Positions 35,401 through 46,309 of a stretch of 54,335 bases of DNA are shown piece after piece. The DNA is taken from NCBI GenBank assembly GCA_032718475.1, contig JAUCBJ010003881.1:1-54335 (forward strand). The letters are read 5' to 3'. Positions within the stretch are counted from its first letter, which is position 1; each line of letters begins with the position of its first letter. This DNA is from Nemertoderma westbladi. Taxonomy: Eukaryota; Animalia; Xenacoelomorpha. A model generated the notes under the pieces. The model was not told the DNA's origin, did not search any database, and saw only the letters and a list, made by a program, of their open reading frames with translations. The position numbers were made by a program, and so were the translations under genes.

Positions 35401-38400
35401 CATAGATGATACAGAATGGATGTTATAAATTGATAGAACTTCACCACAAACTAAACTGATATAAAAAATAGGCGGAATCACCGCACTCTGGCTAGCTGGC
35501 TAGTCCTGTCTACAATAATAGCACTAAAAAAAACACTTCAAACACATATTATCAAAATAGTAAGTCAAATAATGATGAGATTACAGTCAATGACACGAGT
35601 GTGTTTGAAACAATTAAGAGGATACAGAAGGAATGAATTAAGCATTAGTATAACCAGTGTTTCAATCGGCTATTAGGTTATAAATAATTCAATTATACAT
35701 TTCTGATACTTCGTACTGTAATTACGATTTATTTATGGGTTTAAGTTGTGTAGTATATTTTTATTATTTTGCATTTGTAACCAAGTAACATAAACCTTTG
35801 GAAATAAGCTGAAGATTTAACTGCATTCCAATATGTTAAGTTGCAAAATACCTACATTAATTGGTGTATTATTATAGTTTTTTTTACATAACGTAATAAT
35901 AAATCTGGACAATACCCTTCATTAATTGGAGTTTTGTTATTGTTTTTGACATGGCTTAAAAATAAATCTACCTTTATTTATAGGAAGCACGTTTTTTGAA
36001 ATAGATGAAGAACAATTTACACAAAGTAACTTAATATCCCAAGCAACCACTCTGGAGTGATCCACTCTGGAGTGATCCACTCTGGAGTGATCCACTCTGG
36101 AGTGATCCACTCTGGAGTGATCCACACTGGAGTGATTAGAAAGGTCACTTCTGTTACAAATATATTTCAATCCAAAATAAGTTCGATTTTACTGCCACTA
36201 ATTCGGGACGGATACTATTTATTACAATAAAAATTAAGGCGGCAGTGTCATATCGTTAACGATAGAGAAGTTATGTTACGGGCCACGCTGCGGTTACAAA
36301 TGCACCACAAATACAGTAATATGCCTACCTACGCCTTGGAAAAATGTCAAAAAAATTTAAAAATTGAAAATCCCACCATTCAACTAGTATATAAAACAGG
36401 AGAGTTTCTTAGTAAACCTATTTAATAATTAATTGAATAATATTTAGTATCTAATCTTACCGAAGTTTATTGTTGCTAACCACTCATAATCTGAACGATA
36501 TAAAATAGATTTGATAAAGTTAAATACGAAAATGAAATATATTGGAAATAGAGAACAAATTTACCCAAATTTTAGTTAAGTGCACTGAATATCTACATCT
36601 TATCGTAAAACTTTTAAAGTTTTTCAAACTTTTTGTGGTGAGTTTAGTGGTTTGGTTGCGTGAGGAAATTGTTTAGACTTACAGTTATCGGCTGTGGGAG
36701 AGAATTGGGAGGCGTCTCCATTCCAGTATAGGTAACTGCGACTCTGTAAGTCGGCCAGTGTGGAGGCTTCATCCTGGGTAATGAGAAGATCACCTGGCTG
36801 CAGGGCGTCGTCTGTGGATAGTTGTATAACCATAGATCCGCGTCTATTCGACAAATAAAATATATGTCAATATACCGTCTTACTGTTCCACATTGTCCGT
36901 CTCTCTTACTGTCCCACATTGTCGGTCTCCCTTACTGTCCCACATTGTCCGTCTCCCTTACTATCCCACATTGTCCGTCTCCCTTACTGTCCCACATTGT
37001 CGGTCTCCCTTAATGTCCCACATTGTCCATCTCCCTTACCGTCCCACATTGTCGGTCTCCCTTACCGTCCCACATTGTCGGTCTTCCTTACTGTCCCACA
37101 TTGTCGGTCTCCCTTAATGTCCCACATTGTCCATCTCCCTTACCGTCCCACATTGTCGGTCTCCCTTACCGTCCCATATTGTCGGTCTTCCTTACTGTTC
37201 CACATTGTCCGTCTCTCTTACTGTCCCACATAGTCTGTCTCTCTTACCCACATTGTCTGTCTCTCTTACTGTCCCACATTGTCGGTCTCCCTTAATGTCC
37301 CACATTGTCCATCTCCCTTACCGTCCCACATTGTCGGTCTCCCTTACCGTCCCACATTGTCGGTCTTCCTTACTGTCCCACATTGTCCGTCTCCCTTACT
37401 GTCCCACATTGTCGGTCTCTCTTACTGTCCCACATTGTCGGTCTCCCTTAATGTCCCACATGGTCCGTCTCCATTACTGTCCCACATTGTCCATCTCCCT
37501 TACCGTCCCATATTGTCGGTCTTCCTTACTGTTCCACATTGTCCGTCTCTCTTACTGTCCCACATAGTCTGTCTCTCTTACCCACATTGTCTGTCTCTCT
37601 TACTGTCCCACATTGTCTGTCTCTCTTACCCGCATTGTCCGTCTCTCTTACTGTCCCACATAGTCTGTCTCTCTTACCCACATTGTCCGTCTCTCTTACT
37701 GTCCCACATAGTCTGTCTCTCTTACCCACATTGTACGTCTCTCTTACTGTCCCACATTGTCTGTCTCTCTTACTGTCCCACATTGTCCGTCTCCCTTACT
37801 GTCCCACATTGTCTGTCTCTCTAACTGTCCCACATTGTCCGTCTCTCTTACTATCCCACATTGTCGGTCTCCCTTACTGTCCCACATTGTCTGTCTCTCT
37901 TACTGTCCCACATTGTCTGTCTCTCTTACTTTCCCACACAGTCTGTCTCTCTTACCCACATTGTCCGTCTCTCTTACTGTGCCACATTGTCTGTCTCTCT
38001 TACCCACATTGTCCGTCTCTCTTACTGTGCCACATTGTCTGTCTCTCTTACTGCCCCACATTGTCCGTCTCTCTTACTGTCCCACATTGTCTGTCTCTCT
38101 TACTGTCCCACATTGTCTGTCTCTCTTACTGTCCCACACAGTCTGTCTCTCTTACCCACATTGTCCGTCTCTCTTACTGTCCCACACAGTCTGTCTCTCT
38201 TACCCACATTGTCCGTCTCTCTTACTGTGCCACATTGTCTGTCTCTCTTACCGTCCCAGATTGTCTGTCTCTCTTACTGCCCCACATTGTCCGTCTCTCT
38301 TACTGTCCCACATTGTCTGTCTCTCTTACCGTCCCAGATTGTCTGTCTCTCTTACTGACCCACATTGTCCGTCTCTCTTACTGTCCCACATTGACTGTCT

Positions 38401-40871
38401 CTCTTACTGCCCCACATTGTCCCTTCCTGTCCCACACTGTCCCATACTCACTTAGTTTTAGTTCCCTCCTCTTCGTCTGGTGAGGTGGAGACAGCCTTGG
38501 ATTTACTCTGAAATAGAAAGTAAAATGTACAACATTTGTGTTTCTAACAGAAATAATGATTCGAATTAAAATGATTAATGGAAGTGACACGCCCAACGAA
38601 AACAGTAAGAATCCCAATGGATTCATTATCTGTCGCCATAGGGGGTATAAACCCCTACTAATAGATTCCATCCCCAAATAATTAGAATACAGTGACGTTG
38701 GATGTCAAATACACAGCAATAATGCCAATCATAAAGTCATTTCAGAAGATAATATTCCTAATTAAACCTCCGACTCCGTTGTAGTTAATAACCGCGTGAG
38801 ACGAAGATTTGCTGAGATTTTCTATTACAATTTTAACGATTACGGGTTTCGCTTTCGTATTTGCAAGGCCTTATTTCAATTTGTATTAAATTACAAACGC
38901 CAGAGGGTAATTATATTACGAGATGGACGTTATCCCGTAGATAATGAAAAAAAGTGAACGGAAAAGTAAATAATTCTATTCCATCAAATCCACCAGATCG
39001 ACATTCCTGGTTCCTTGGGGTATTTAATCAACCACCCCTATACCATACATAGTTCATAGTGCTAACACGATTCACACCGAATGCCTAATATAGAAAGGCG
39101 GTTCTTAACCAGATAGGTTACTAAGCTCCCTTCAATAGGCCAACACTAAGCCAACTCCCCTTTAGCAGGTTACACACTAAGCCAACTAACTCCCTTTTAG
39201 CTGGTTACACACTAAGCCAACTCCCCTTTAGCAGGTTACACACGAAGCCAACTCTCCTTTAGCAGGTTACACACTAAGCCAACTAACTCCCCTTTAGCAG
39301 GTTACACACTAAGCCAACTCCCCTTTAGCAGGTTACACACTAAGCCAACTCTCCTTTAGCAGGTTACACACTAAGCCAACTAACTCCCCTTTAGCAGGTT
39401 ACACACTAAGCCAACTAACTCCCCTTTAGCAGGTTACACACTAAGCCAACTCTCCTTTAGCAAGTTACACACTAAGTCAATTCCCCTTTAGCAGGTTACA
39501 CACAAAGCCAACTCCCCTTTAGCAGGTTACACACTAAGCCAACTCCCCTTTAGCAGGTTACACACTAAGCCAACTCTCCTTTAGCAGGTTACACACTAAG
39601 CCAATTAACTCCCCTTTAGCAGGTAACACACTAAGCCAACTAACTCCCCTTTAGCAGGTTACACACTAAGCCAACTCTCCTTTAGCTAGTTACACACTAA
39701 GTCAATTCCCCTTTAGCAGGTTACACACAAAGCCAACTCCCCTTTAGCAGGTTACACACTAAGCCAACTCCCCTTTAGCAGGTTACACACTAAGCCAACT
39801 AACTCCCCTTTAGCAGGTTACACACTAAGCCAACTCTCCTTTAGCAAGTTACACACTAAGTCAATTCCCCTTTAGCAAGTTACACACTAAGCCAACTCCC
39901 CTTTAGCAGGTTACACACTATGCCAACTAACTCCCCTTTAGCAGGTTACACACAAAGCCAACTCTCCTTTAGCAAGTTACACACTAAGCCAATTCCCCTT
40001 CAGCAGGTTACACACTAAGCCAACTCCCCTTTAGCAGGTTACACACTAGGCCAACTAACTCCCCTTTAGCAGGTTACACACTAAGCCAACTAACTCCCCT
40101 TTAGCAGGTTACACACTAAGCCAACTCTCCTTTAGCAAGTTACACACTAAGTCAATTCCCCTTTAGCAGGTTACACACTAAGCCAACTAACTCCCCTTTA
40201 GCAGGTTACACACTAAGCCAACTCTCCTTTAGCAAGTTACACACTAAGCCAACAACTCCCCTTTAGCAGGTTACACACTAAGACAACTAACTCCCCTTTA
40301 GCAAGTTACACACTAAGCCAATTCCCCTTTAGCAGGTTACACACTAAGCCAACTCCCCTTTAGCAAGTTACACACAAAGCCAATTCCCCTTTAGCAAGTT
40401 ACACACAAAGCCAACTCCCCTTTAGCAGGTTACACACAAAGCCAACTAACTCCCCTTTAGCAGGTTACACACTAAGCCAACTAACTCCCCTTTAGCAGGT
40501 TACACACTAAGCCAACTCTCCTTAAGCAAGTTACACACTAAGCCAATTCCCCTTTAGCAGGTTACACACTAAGCCAACTAACTCCGCTTTAGCAGGTTAC
40601 ACACTAAGCCAACTCTCCTTTAGCAAGTTACATGACAATTTTGTAAATATTCGTGGTTTGGATGTAAAATCCAAAACCTCAATAATTGACCATAACTTTA
40701 AGAATTGCATTCCATTGTTTAACTAACGTCACTGGCTCCGAGTCCAGCTGTGGCTCTTCGGCGAACGAACGCCGATGGGGGCAACTGAACCTCTTGGGAA
40801 CTCCGTTCCTCTGTCTCCGGTAGTTCCGTTCCGGACGGGCTGGTTAATTCCGCCGGCAGTTTCTCCCTCAT
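2206..40871 (-). CDS. PLEKHG7: Multi-exon Dbl-homology RhoGEF gene, PLEKHG7-like (partial; 3' exons not found in window)
   Basis: Exons joined by hand with matching phases: 40728-40871, 38452-38507, 36683-36843, [35482-35509], [25802-25848], 24844-24980, 3344-3499, 2902-2997, 2206-2418. The DH part reads KRRECAWEIFTSELNYLLDHLMVLKN/VFLEPLK...LFANLDELCQ/IS...CPAYQRYCLNYSNALAYSEKLKKYDDFVDFLK, which resembles, from memory, PLEKHG7 (WELFTSE..LDHLLVLK..LFANLEEL..YCLNYS..DDF..YLK). Confidence 0.8.
2902..2997 (-). CDS. PLEKHG7: RhoGEF DH-domain exon (VFLEPLKMVQCEGFLLNMEPLKLFANLDELCQ)
   Basis: tttcag| acceptor and CAA|gtgagt donor; 96 nt, phase 0/0; DH motifs VFxEPL and LFxNLxEL. Not in the ORF track. 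Confidence 0.92.
3344..3499 (-). CDS. PLEKHG7: RhoGEF exon, start of DH domain (SQRWNDLLSRLDAPG...KRRECAWEIFTSELNYLLDHLMVLKN)
   Basis: tatttatttag| acceptor and AAT|gtaagt donor; 156 nt, phase 0/0; DH first conserved region (R..WEIxxSExxY). Confidence 0.92.
4001..4472. mobile_element. Foldback/MITE-like element: cttcgcccg subterminal repeats in inverted orientation around ~3 copies of a 68-bp internal tandem repeat
   Basis: 4019-4115 holds repeated (aatc)ttcgcccg and 4349-4460 the reverse complement cgggcgaag(att). Internal repeat ttattgttttggttagaaaaatccgtctctgtaacc... at about 4126, 4194 and 4262. Confidence 0.7.
5876..6151. mobile_element. Small MITE-like element with 14-bp TIR and TA flanks
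   Basis: ta|atcaacaactaatg ... cattagttgttgat|ta is a perfect inverted repeat. Confidence 0.55.
6435..7048 (-). repeat. Distal block of the 45-bp exon/splice-donor satellite (~13 copies plus a partial copy at 7031-7048)
   Basis: Same unit as 10621-24880; separated from it by the RTE insertion. Confidence 0.97.
8176..9993. mobile_element. Non-autonomous DNA transposon with 27-bp TIRs and 4-bp TSD TTTA (Sola2-like by termini and TSD)
   Basis: ttta|gggtcgttctcacaaaaagtggccaaa ... tttggccactttttgtgagaacaaccc|ttta (1 mismatch). Removing it and one TSD restores the RTE frame EFMTF-NVDGNLTTID. No transposase ORF. Confidence 0.9.
9271..9450. repeat. 39-bp tandem repeat inside the DNA transposon (agtgatggcgttacacgtgaaggacttagagattaagtt), ~4 copies
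   Basis: Direct inspection. Confidence 0.9.
10621..24880 (-). repeat. 45-bp satellite, ~317 copies; unit on the gene strand GACACTACCAATAAAGAACCCTCTTGCCATATACCGA|GTAAGTAT (exon end plus 5' splice site)
   Basis: Constant 45-bp period with no indels and a handful of recurrent substitutions. The first unit is the 3' end of exon 24844-24980. Confidence 0.98.
24844..24980 (-). CDS. PLEKHG7: RhoGEF exon whose 3' end seeds the 45-bp satellite ((D)KVKNRSAWSVLKSKVMNKDYQNKALGLTMASLKTLPIKNPLAIYR)
   Basis: tttttattattaatttag| acceptor and first CGA|gtaagt donor; 137 nt, phase 1/0. Joins the phase-0 exon at 3499 in frame. Unique coding-like sequence runs directly into the repeat unit. Confidence 0.75.
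25802..25848 (-). CDS. Tentative small exon ((R)LGSCCQELSRSKTRC)
   Basis: tctttag| acceptor and weak G|gttatg donor. Phase 2/1 exactly bridges the 35482 and 24980 exons. Confidence 0.4.
26041..27774. repeat. Minisatellite: ~5 copies of a 45-bp unit, then ~51 copies of a 29-bp unit (attgagcctacatggaattaagcccacac)
   Basis: Direct inspection; the 45-mer is the 29-mer plus ~16 bp (atcattgggac...). Confidence 0.97.
28681..31919 (-). pseudogene. LINE ORF2 (AP endonuclease and reverse transcriptase), disrupted
   Basis: In-frame stop with an apparent deletion at about 30207; frameshift in the G24 run at 29679-29702; frame resumes LSAWLFNFY...GYADDILL. Confidence 0.88.
32064..34939 (-). pseudogene. 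LINE ORF1 with Ulp1/SENP-like (C48) cysteine protease domain and coiled coil; one frameshift near the homopolymer at 34343-34352
   Basis: YISDHIIEYF...LIP...HKHFTLHVAD...YTLDPM...PGQKNGYDCGIYIC matches the Ulp1 His/Asp/Gln/Cys signature. Heptad-like segment LTDLVANLQLEVKSL...MTLEINDLQK. Confidence 0.75.
35482..35509 (-). CDS. Tentative 28-nt micro-exon ((Y)RTSQLARV)
   Basis: tattattgtag| acceptor and CG|gtgatt donor; phase 1/2, compatible with neighbours; GC-richer than its flanks. Confidence 0.4.
36047..36136. repeat. 15-bp tandem repeat ccactctggagtgat x6 with internal palindrome cactc-tg-gagtg
   Basis: Direct inspection. Confidence 0.92.
36683..36843 (-). CDS. PLEKHG7: N-terminal exon (RGSMVIQLSTDDALQPGDLLITQDEASTLADLQSRSYLYWNGDASQFSPTADN)
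   Basis: aatag| acceptor and T|gtaagt donor; 161 nt, phase 2/1; GC-rich island in AT-rich intron. Confidence 0.7.
36875..38445. repeat. ~26-bp minisatellite (cttactgtcccacattgtccgtctct), ~60 copies, filling almost the whole intron 36844-38451
   Basis: Direct inspection; shorter variants are interspersed. Confidence 0.96.
38452..38507 (-). CDS. PLEKHG7: N-terminal exon (SKSKAVSTSPDEEEGTKT(K))
   Basis: ctttctatttcag| acceptor and AA|gtgagt donor; 56 nt, phase 0/2, matching both neighbours. Confidence 0.7.
39143..40632. repeat. 31/35-bp minisatellite (cccctttagcaggttacacactaagccaact[aact]), ~45 copies
   Basis: Direct inspection. Confidence 0.96.
40728..40871 (-). CDS. PLEKHG7: N-terminal exon (MREKLPAELTSPSGTELPETEERSSQEVQLPPSAFVRRRATAGLGASD); the ATG may be the start codon
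   Basis: gttctttacag| acceptor followed directly by ATG, GAC|gttagt donor; 144 nt, phase 0/0; GC-rich. Confidence 0.65.
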
Positions 40872-40980
40872 CTGTAAAGAACATACAAGAACTGCAGTTT
40901 AGAGAGGAAGTCAATAGAACAACCAGGATACACCATGGAGTAGTTAACCGAGTAAGGGATAGTATACATACACCAGACCA

Positions 40981-42157
40981 GTATGGAACCGGATAGAATG
41001 GGACCGGATAGTGTAGAACCGGATAGTGTAGAACCGGATAGTTTAGAACCGGATAGTGTAGAACCGGATAGTGTGGAATCGGATAGTGTAGAACCGGATA
41101 GTGTAGAACCGGATAGTGTAGAACCGGATAGTGTAGAACCAGATAGTGTGGAATCGGATAGTGTAGAACCGGATAATGTAGAACCGGATAGTGTAGAACC
41201 GGATAGTGTGAAATCGGATAGTGTAGAACCGGATAGTGTAGAACCGGATAGTATGGAACCGGATAGTGTAGAACCGGATAGTGTAGAACCGGATAGTATG
41301 GAACCGGATAGTGTAGAACCGGATAGTGTAGAACCGCATAGTGTAGAACCAGATAGTGTAGAACCGGATAGTGTAGAACCGGATAGTGTAGAACAAGATA
41401 GTGTAGAACCGGATATTGTAGAAACTGATAGTGTAGAACCGGATAGTGTAGAACCGGATAGTGTAGAACCGGAAAGTGTAGAACCGGATAGTGTAGAACC
41501 GGATAGTGTAGAACCGGATAGTGTGGAATCGGATAGTGTAGAACCGGATAGTGTAGAACCAGATAGTGTAGAACCGGATCGTGTAGAACCGGATAGTGTA
41601 GAACCGGATAGTGTAGAACCGGATAATGTAGAACCGGATAGTATAGAACCGGATAGTGTAGAACCGGATAGTATAGAACCGGATAGTGTGGAATCGGATA
41701 GTGTAGAACCGGATAGTGTGGAATCGGATAGTGTAGAACTGGATAGTGTAGAACCGGATAGTGTGGAACCGGATAGTGTAGAACCGGATAGAATGGGACA
41801 GGATAGTGTAGAACCGGATAGTGTAGAACCGGATAGTGTAGAACCGGATAGTGTAGAACCAGATAGTGTAGAACCGGATAGTGTGGAATCGGATAGTGTA
41901 GAACCGGATAGTGTGGAATCGGATAGTGTAGAACTGGATAGTGTAGAACCGGATAGTGTGGAACCGGATAGTGTAGAACCGGATAGAATGGGACAGGATA
42001 GTGTAGAACCGGATAGTGTAGAACCGGATAGTGTAGAACCGGATAGTGTAGAACCAGATAGTGTAGAACCGGATAATGTGGAATCGGATAGTGTAGAACC
42101 GGATAGTGTAGAACCGGATAGAGTGGTTCTTAGTGTAGAACTGGATAGTGTAGAACC
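40981..42157. repeat. 15-bp minisatellite (ccggatagtgtagaa), ~78 copies
   Basis: Direct inspection; a 195-bp higher-order duplication is marked by gaatgggaca at 41791 and 41986. Confidence 0.97.
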
Positions 42158-42687
42158 GTTGCATATACCTGAATAAGAATTAGAATGTTCTAAAACACAA
42201 TTACCCATTGTGTACGTTCGGAGAGCAACCCATTGCGGATATTACAATACTACAAACATTGTTTGGTAATATTTGTATTTGCCAGGGGGAGGGGGGGGGG
42301 GGGGTCGTCAATTCGAATGGTATCTAAACCTGTAAATACTTAATGAATGATCTATTGCGGCATGTATTTCAAAAAATAATAAAAACATGTTTGTTCTTGA
42401 TTTTAGTGTTAGATTATACTATTTATCAATTTCATGTAACATCAACTGGTTGATAAACATTAAAATGAGAACAAATTATTACAACAACGCAAAACATTAA
42501 GCAATAATAATTGTACCAAGTGTATGATTTTATATTTTATTACCATGCATTGCACAGTGACAGAATGTTTTTAAATTTACAGAATGGCTTTAAATATGAA
42601 ATAATTAAGCATACATAGACAGATATATACAATTATACAAGCACAGTTAAAGTGTTAATACAACTACAATACAAAAGTGGGGTGTAT

Positions 42688-42862
42688 ACATTATTATACT
42701 GTACACTCAAATATAGAGACATTATTATACTGTACATAAAAAGATATATTCATTATTATGCTGTACATACAAATATAGATACATTATTATACTGTACATA
42801 AAAAGATAGATATACATTACTATACAGTAGGAACAGTATTATTATACTGTCTGTACATGCAA
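42688..42862. repeat. Degenerate ~30-35 bp tandem repeat (acattattatactgtaca...)
   Basis: 5-6 recurrences of cattattatactgtaca. Confidence 0.7.
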
Positions 42863-43518
42863 ATACTGAAGTGATACTTTATTATAGAAGCGAAATAATA
42901 ACATAGATAATATTATACAAAGAGAAGTTACGTTAATTAAAGACTTGCGCCTTTAACAAATAGGATATAAATATCACTTCGTGATTTCAAACCCAAAAAT
43001 TGGTTAGTGGTAATTCACTGGAATTCCTTCTTTCAGGTCATTTATATGAATATATAAGATTTTTTCATTTGGAAAAATAATATAATAAATATAAACTCTT
43101 ATGACTGGTTGTTAGGGAATATTCAGGTTGTTAGGGCCCAATAATTAACAATGAAGTAAAATATAGTTTTTAGAATTAATTCAATTATCATAATAATTAT
43201 CCTAATTTCAATTAAATTTCCCATTAACCTCAACACAATTTGACACTAAACCTGCAAGGTTTTTTTTATAATACGGTAGCATTTTGCGTTGAGTTACAAA
43301 AAATTAAACGAAATTTATTTCCGCTGGGGTCAATTTGCGCCAAAATTTGTTTGTTTTATAGTTTTGTCTGTTTGCAATTTTGAATATAACTGAAAATTTC
43401 CTGATACCACAACCATTTCAGAACACAAAAACATAATGCTTTAGGCTGCGTCGCCGGGATTTATTATTGTCTACTATCTATTCTAAGGATATATTAATAA
43501 TTATATTATGTTTATTGT

Positions 43519-45437
43519 ACGAAAGTGAGAAAAGTGCCTAAGTATGTTACAATAGTGAGAAAAGTGCCAAAGTATATTGCAATAGTGAGAAAAGTGCCCA
43601 AGTATGTTGCAATAGTGAGAAAAGTGCCCAAGTATGTTACGAAAGTGAGAAAAGTGCCCAACTAAGTTGCAATAGTGAGAAAAGTGCCCAAGTATGTTAC
43701 AATAGTGAGAAAAGTGCCCAAGAATGTTGCAATATTGAGAAAAGTGCCCAAGTATGTTACGAAAGTGAGAAAAGTGCCCAAATATGTTACAATAGTGAGA
43801 AAAGTGCCCAAGTATGTTGCAATAGTGAGAAAAGTGCCCAAGTATGTTGTAATAGTTAGAAAAGTATCCAAGTATGTTACAATAGTGAGAAAAGTGCCCA
43901 AGTATGTTACGAAAGTGAGATAAGTGCCAAGTATGTTGCAATAGTGAGAAAAGTGCCCAAGTATGTTACGAAAGTGAGAAAATGCCCAAGTATGTTACAA
44001 TAGTGAGAAAAGTGCCCAAGTATGTTGCAATAGTGAGAAAAGTGCCCAAGTATGTTACGAAAATGAGAAAAGTGTCCAAGTATGTTGCAATAGTGAGAAA
44101 AGTGCCCAAGTATATTACGAAAATGAGAAAAGTGCCCAAGTATGTTGCAATAGTGAGAAAAGTGCCCAAGAATGTTACGAAAGTGAGAAAAGTGCCAAGT
44201 ATGTTGCAATAGTGAGAAAGGTGCCCAAGTATGTTACGAAAGTGAGAAAAATGCCCAAGTATGTTACAATAGTGAGAAAAGTGCCCAAGTATGTTGCAAT
44301 AGTGAGAAAAGTGCCCAAGTATGTTACGAAAATGAGAAAAGTGCCCAAATATGTTACGAAACTCAAGTATGTTGCAATAGTGAGAAAAGTGCCCAAGTAT
44401 GTTGCAAAAGTGAGAAAAGTGCCCAAGTATGCTACGAAAGTGAGAAAAGTGCCCAAGTATGTTACGAAAGTGAGAAAAGTGCCCAATTATGTTGCAATAG
44501 TGAGAAAGGTGCCAAAGTATGTTGCAATAGTGAGAAAAGTGCCCAAGTATGTTGCAATAGTGAGAAAAGTGCCCAAGTATGTTACGAAAGTGAGAAAAGT
44601 GCCCAAGTATGTTACAATAGTGAGAAAAGTGCCCAAGTATGTGACGAAAATGAGAAAAGTGCCCAAGTATGTTGCAATAGTGAGAAAAGTGCCCAAGTAT
44701 GTTGCAATAGTGAGAAAAGTGCCCATGTATGTTGCAATAGTGAGAAAAGTGCCCATGTATGTTACGAAAGTGAGAAAAGTGCCCAATTATGTTGCAATAG
44801 TGAGAAAGGTGCCAAAGTATGTTGCAATAGTGAGAAAAGTGCCCAAGTATGTTGCAATGGTGAGAAAAGTGCCCAAGTATGTTACGAAAGTGAGAAAAGT
44901 GCCCAAGTATGTTACAATAGTGAGAAAAGTGCCCAAGTATGTGACGAAAATGAGAAAAGTGCCCAAGTATGTTGCAATAGTGAGAAAAGCGCCCAAGTAT
45001 GTTGCAATAGTGAGAAAAGTGCCCATGTATGTTGCAATAGTGAGAAAAGTGCCCAAGTATGTTGCAATAGTGAGAAAAGTGGCCAAGTATGTTACGAAAG
45101 TGAGAAAAGTGCCCATGTATATTGCAATAGTGAGAAAGGTGCCCAAGTATGTTGCAATAGTGAGAAAAGTGCCCAAGTATGTTGCAATAGTGAGAAAAGT
45201 GCCCAAGTATGTTACGAAAATGAGAAAAGTGCCCAGGTATGTTACAATAGTGAGAAAAGTGCCCAAGTATGTTACGAAAGTGAGAAAAGTGCCCAAGTAT
45301 GTTACGAAAGTGAAAAAAGTGCCCAAGTATGTTGCAATAGTGAGAATATGAAAATGCGAAAGTGATATAAGTGCACAAGTATGTTACAATAGTGAGAAAA
45401 GTGCCCAAGTTTGTTACAAAAGTGAGAAAAGTGCCCA
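43519..45437. repeat. 30-bp minisatellite (aatagtgagaaaagtgcccaagtatgttgc), ~64 copies
   Basis: Direct inspection; 300-bp internal duplication (4447x region repeated at 4477x). Confidence 0.97.
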
Positions 45438-46007
45438 GTTTGTGAATACCGGTACCTATTGGGTATACTGTAAAGATGACAAAAATCCAATGGCCTCAAA
45501 CAATATTACCATAATTATCACTTTCAATTTCGTTTTTCATTCCTTAGCAACATGGATTTTACATATAGCAACAAGGTAAACTATTGGTGGAATTTTCCCA
45601 AATTAGGTTCAAACAAACTTTAGTCAAATTACTATCGATTCTCTAAACTATTGTTTGCTCTTCTACATTAACAATTCAGTTACCAGAAAAGCATTTGTGA
45701 AATCATATAAATTTCCATTTTGTACAATATATATATGAAGCATATTTACACAACTTATATCCATTAAACGGGGGTATGTAACCCATCACATTCACATTTG
45801 TCGACCTCAAAAACCCTTAATGCAAAAAAACTTTACTCGTTATATATCAAAAACTATTGTGCCTTTTACTGTAATATGCAGTATTAGACTGGCAATAGTA
45901 ACCAGAAGTAGTAGAGCAGACCTAGTACATCAAAAATAAAGTGAACCTAATCGCGAACGGCAGAAGTTGATAGGTATCAGTAATTAATACTTTATGCCGA
46001 AATGCAA

Positions 46008-46153
46008 TCACCACCGGCAGTTGCCACTGTTTGTCACCGGCAGTTGGCAACGTTTGTCACCACCGAAAGTTGACACTTTTTTCATCACCGTTTGTCACCA
46101 CCGACAGTTGCCAACGTTTTGTCACCACCGGCAGTTGCCAACGTTTTGCCACC
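46008..46153. repeat. Degenerate ~25-28 bp tandem repeat (tttgtcaccaccggcagttgccaacg)
   Basis: About 5 copies visible. Confidence 0.75.
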
Positions 46154-46309
46154 TGTGCTGTCATTAAGTTTGTTCGTAGGTGCATATTTTTTTTCGAGGT
46201 ATATTAATTGTGTAGGCCAAACATTAATTGAATCAGTTTTCTATATAACCTAGTTTAGTTTCACGTGATATATGACAAACATCACGTCACAAACATCATA
46301 TATGACAAA

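Noticed and set aside
36822-38483. Cys/His/Pro-rich ORFs resembling zinc-finger repeats
   Set aside because: Artefact of a 26-bp repeat cycling through all frames.
40868-42208. (SGSTL)n and (EPDSV)n mucin-like ORFs
   Set aside because: Products of a 15-bp minisatellite that is open in several frames. The minus-strand ORF is out of frame with the MREKLP exon and has no supporting splice sites.
43501-45408. His/Cys-rich and (RKVPKYVAIV)n ORFs
   Set aside because: Translations of a 30-bp minisatellite with frame-breaking indels; open on both strands.
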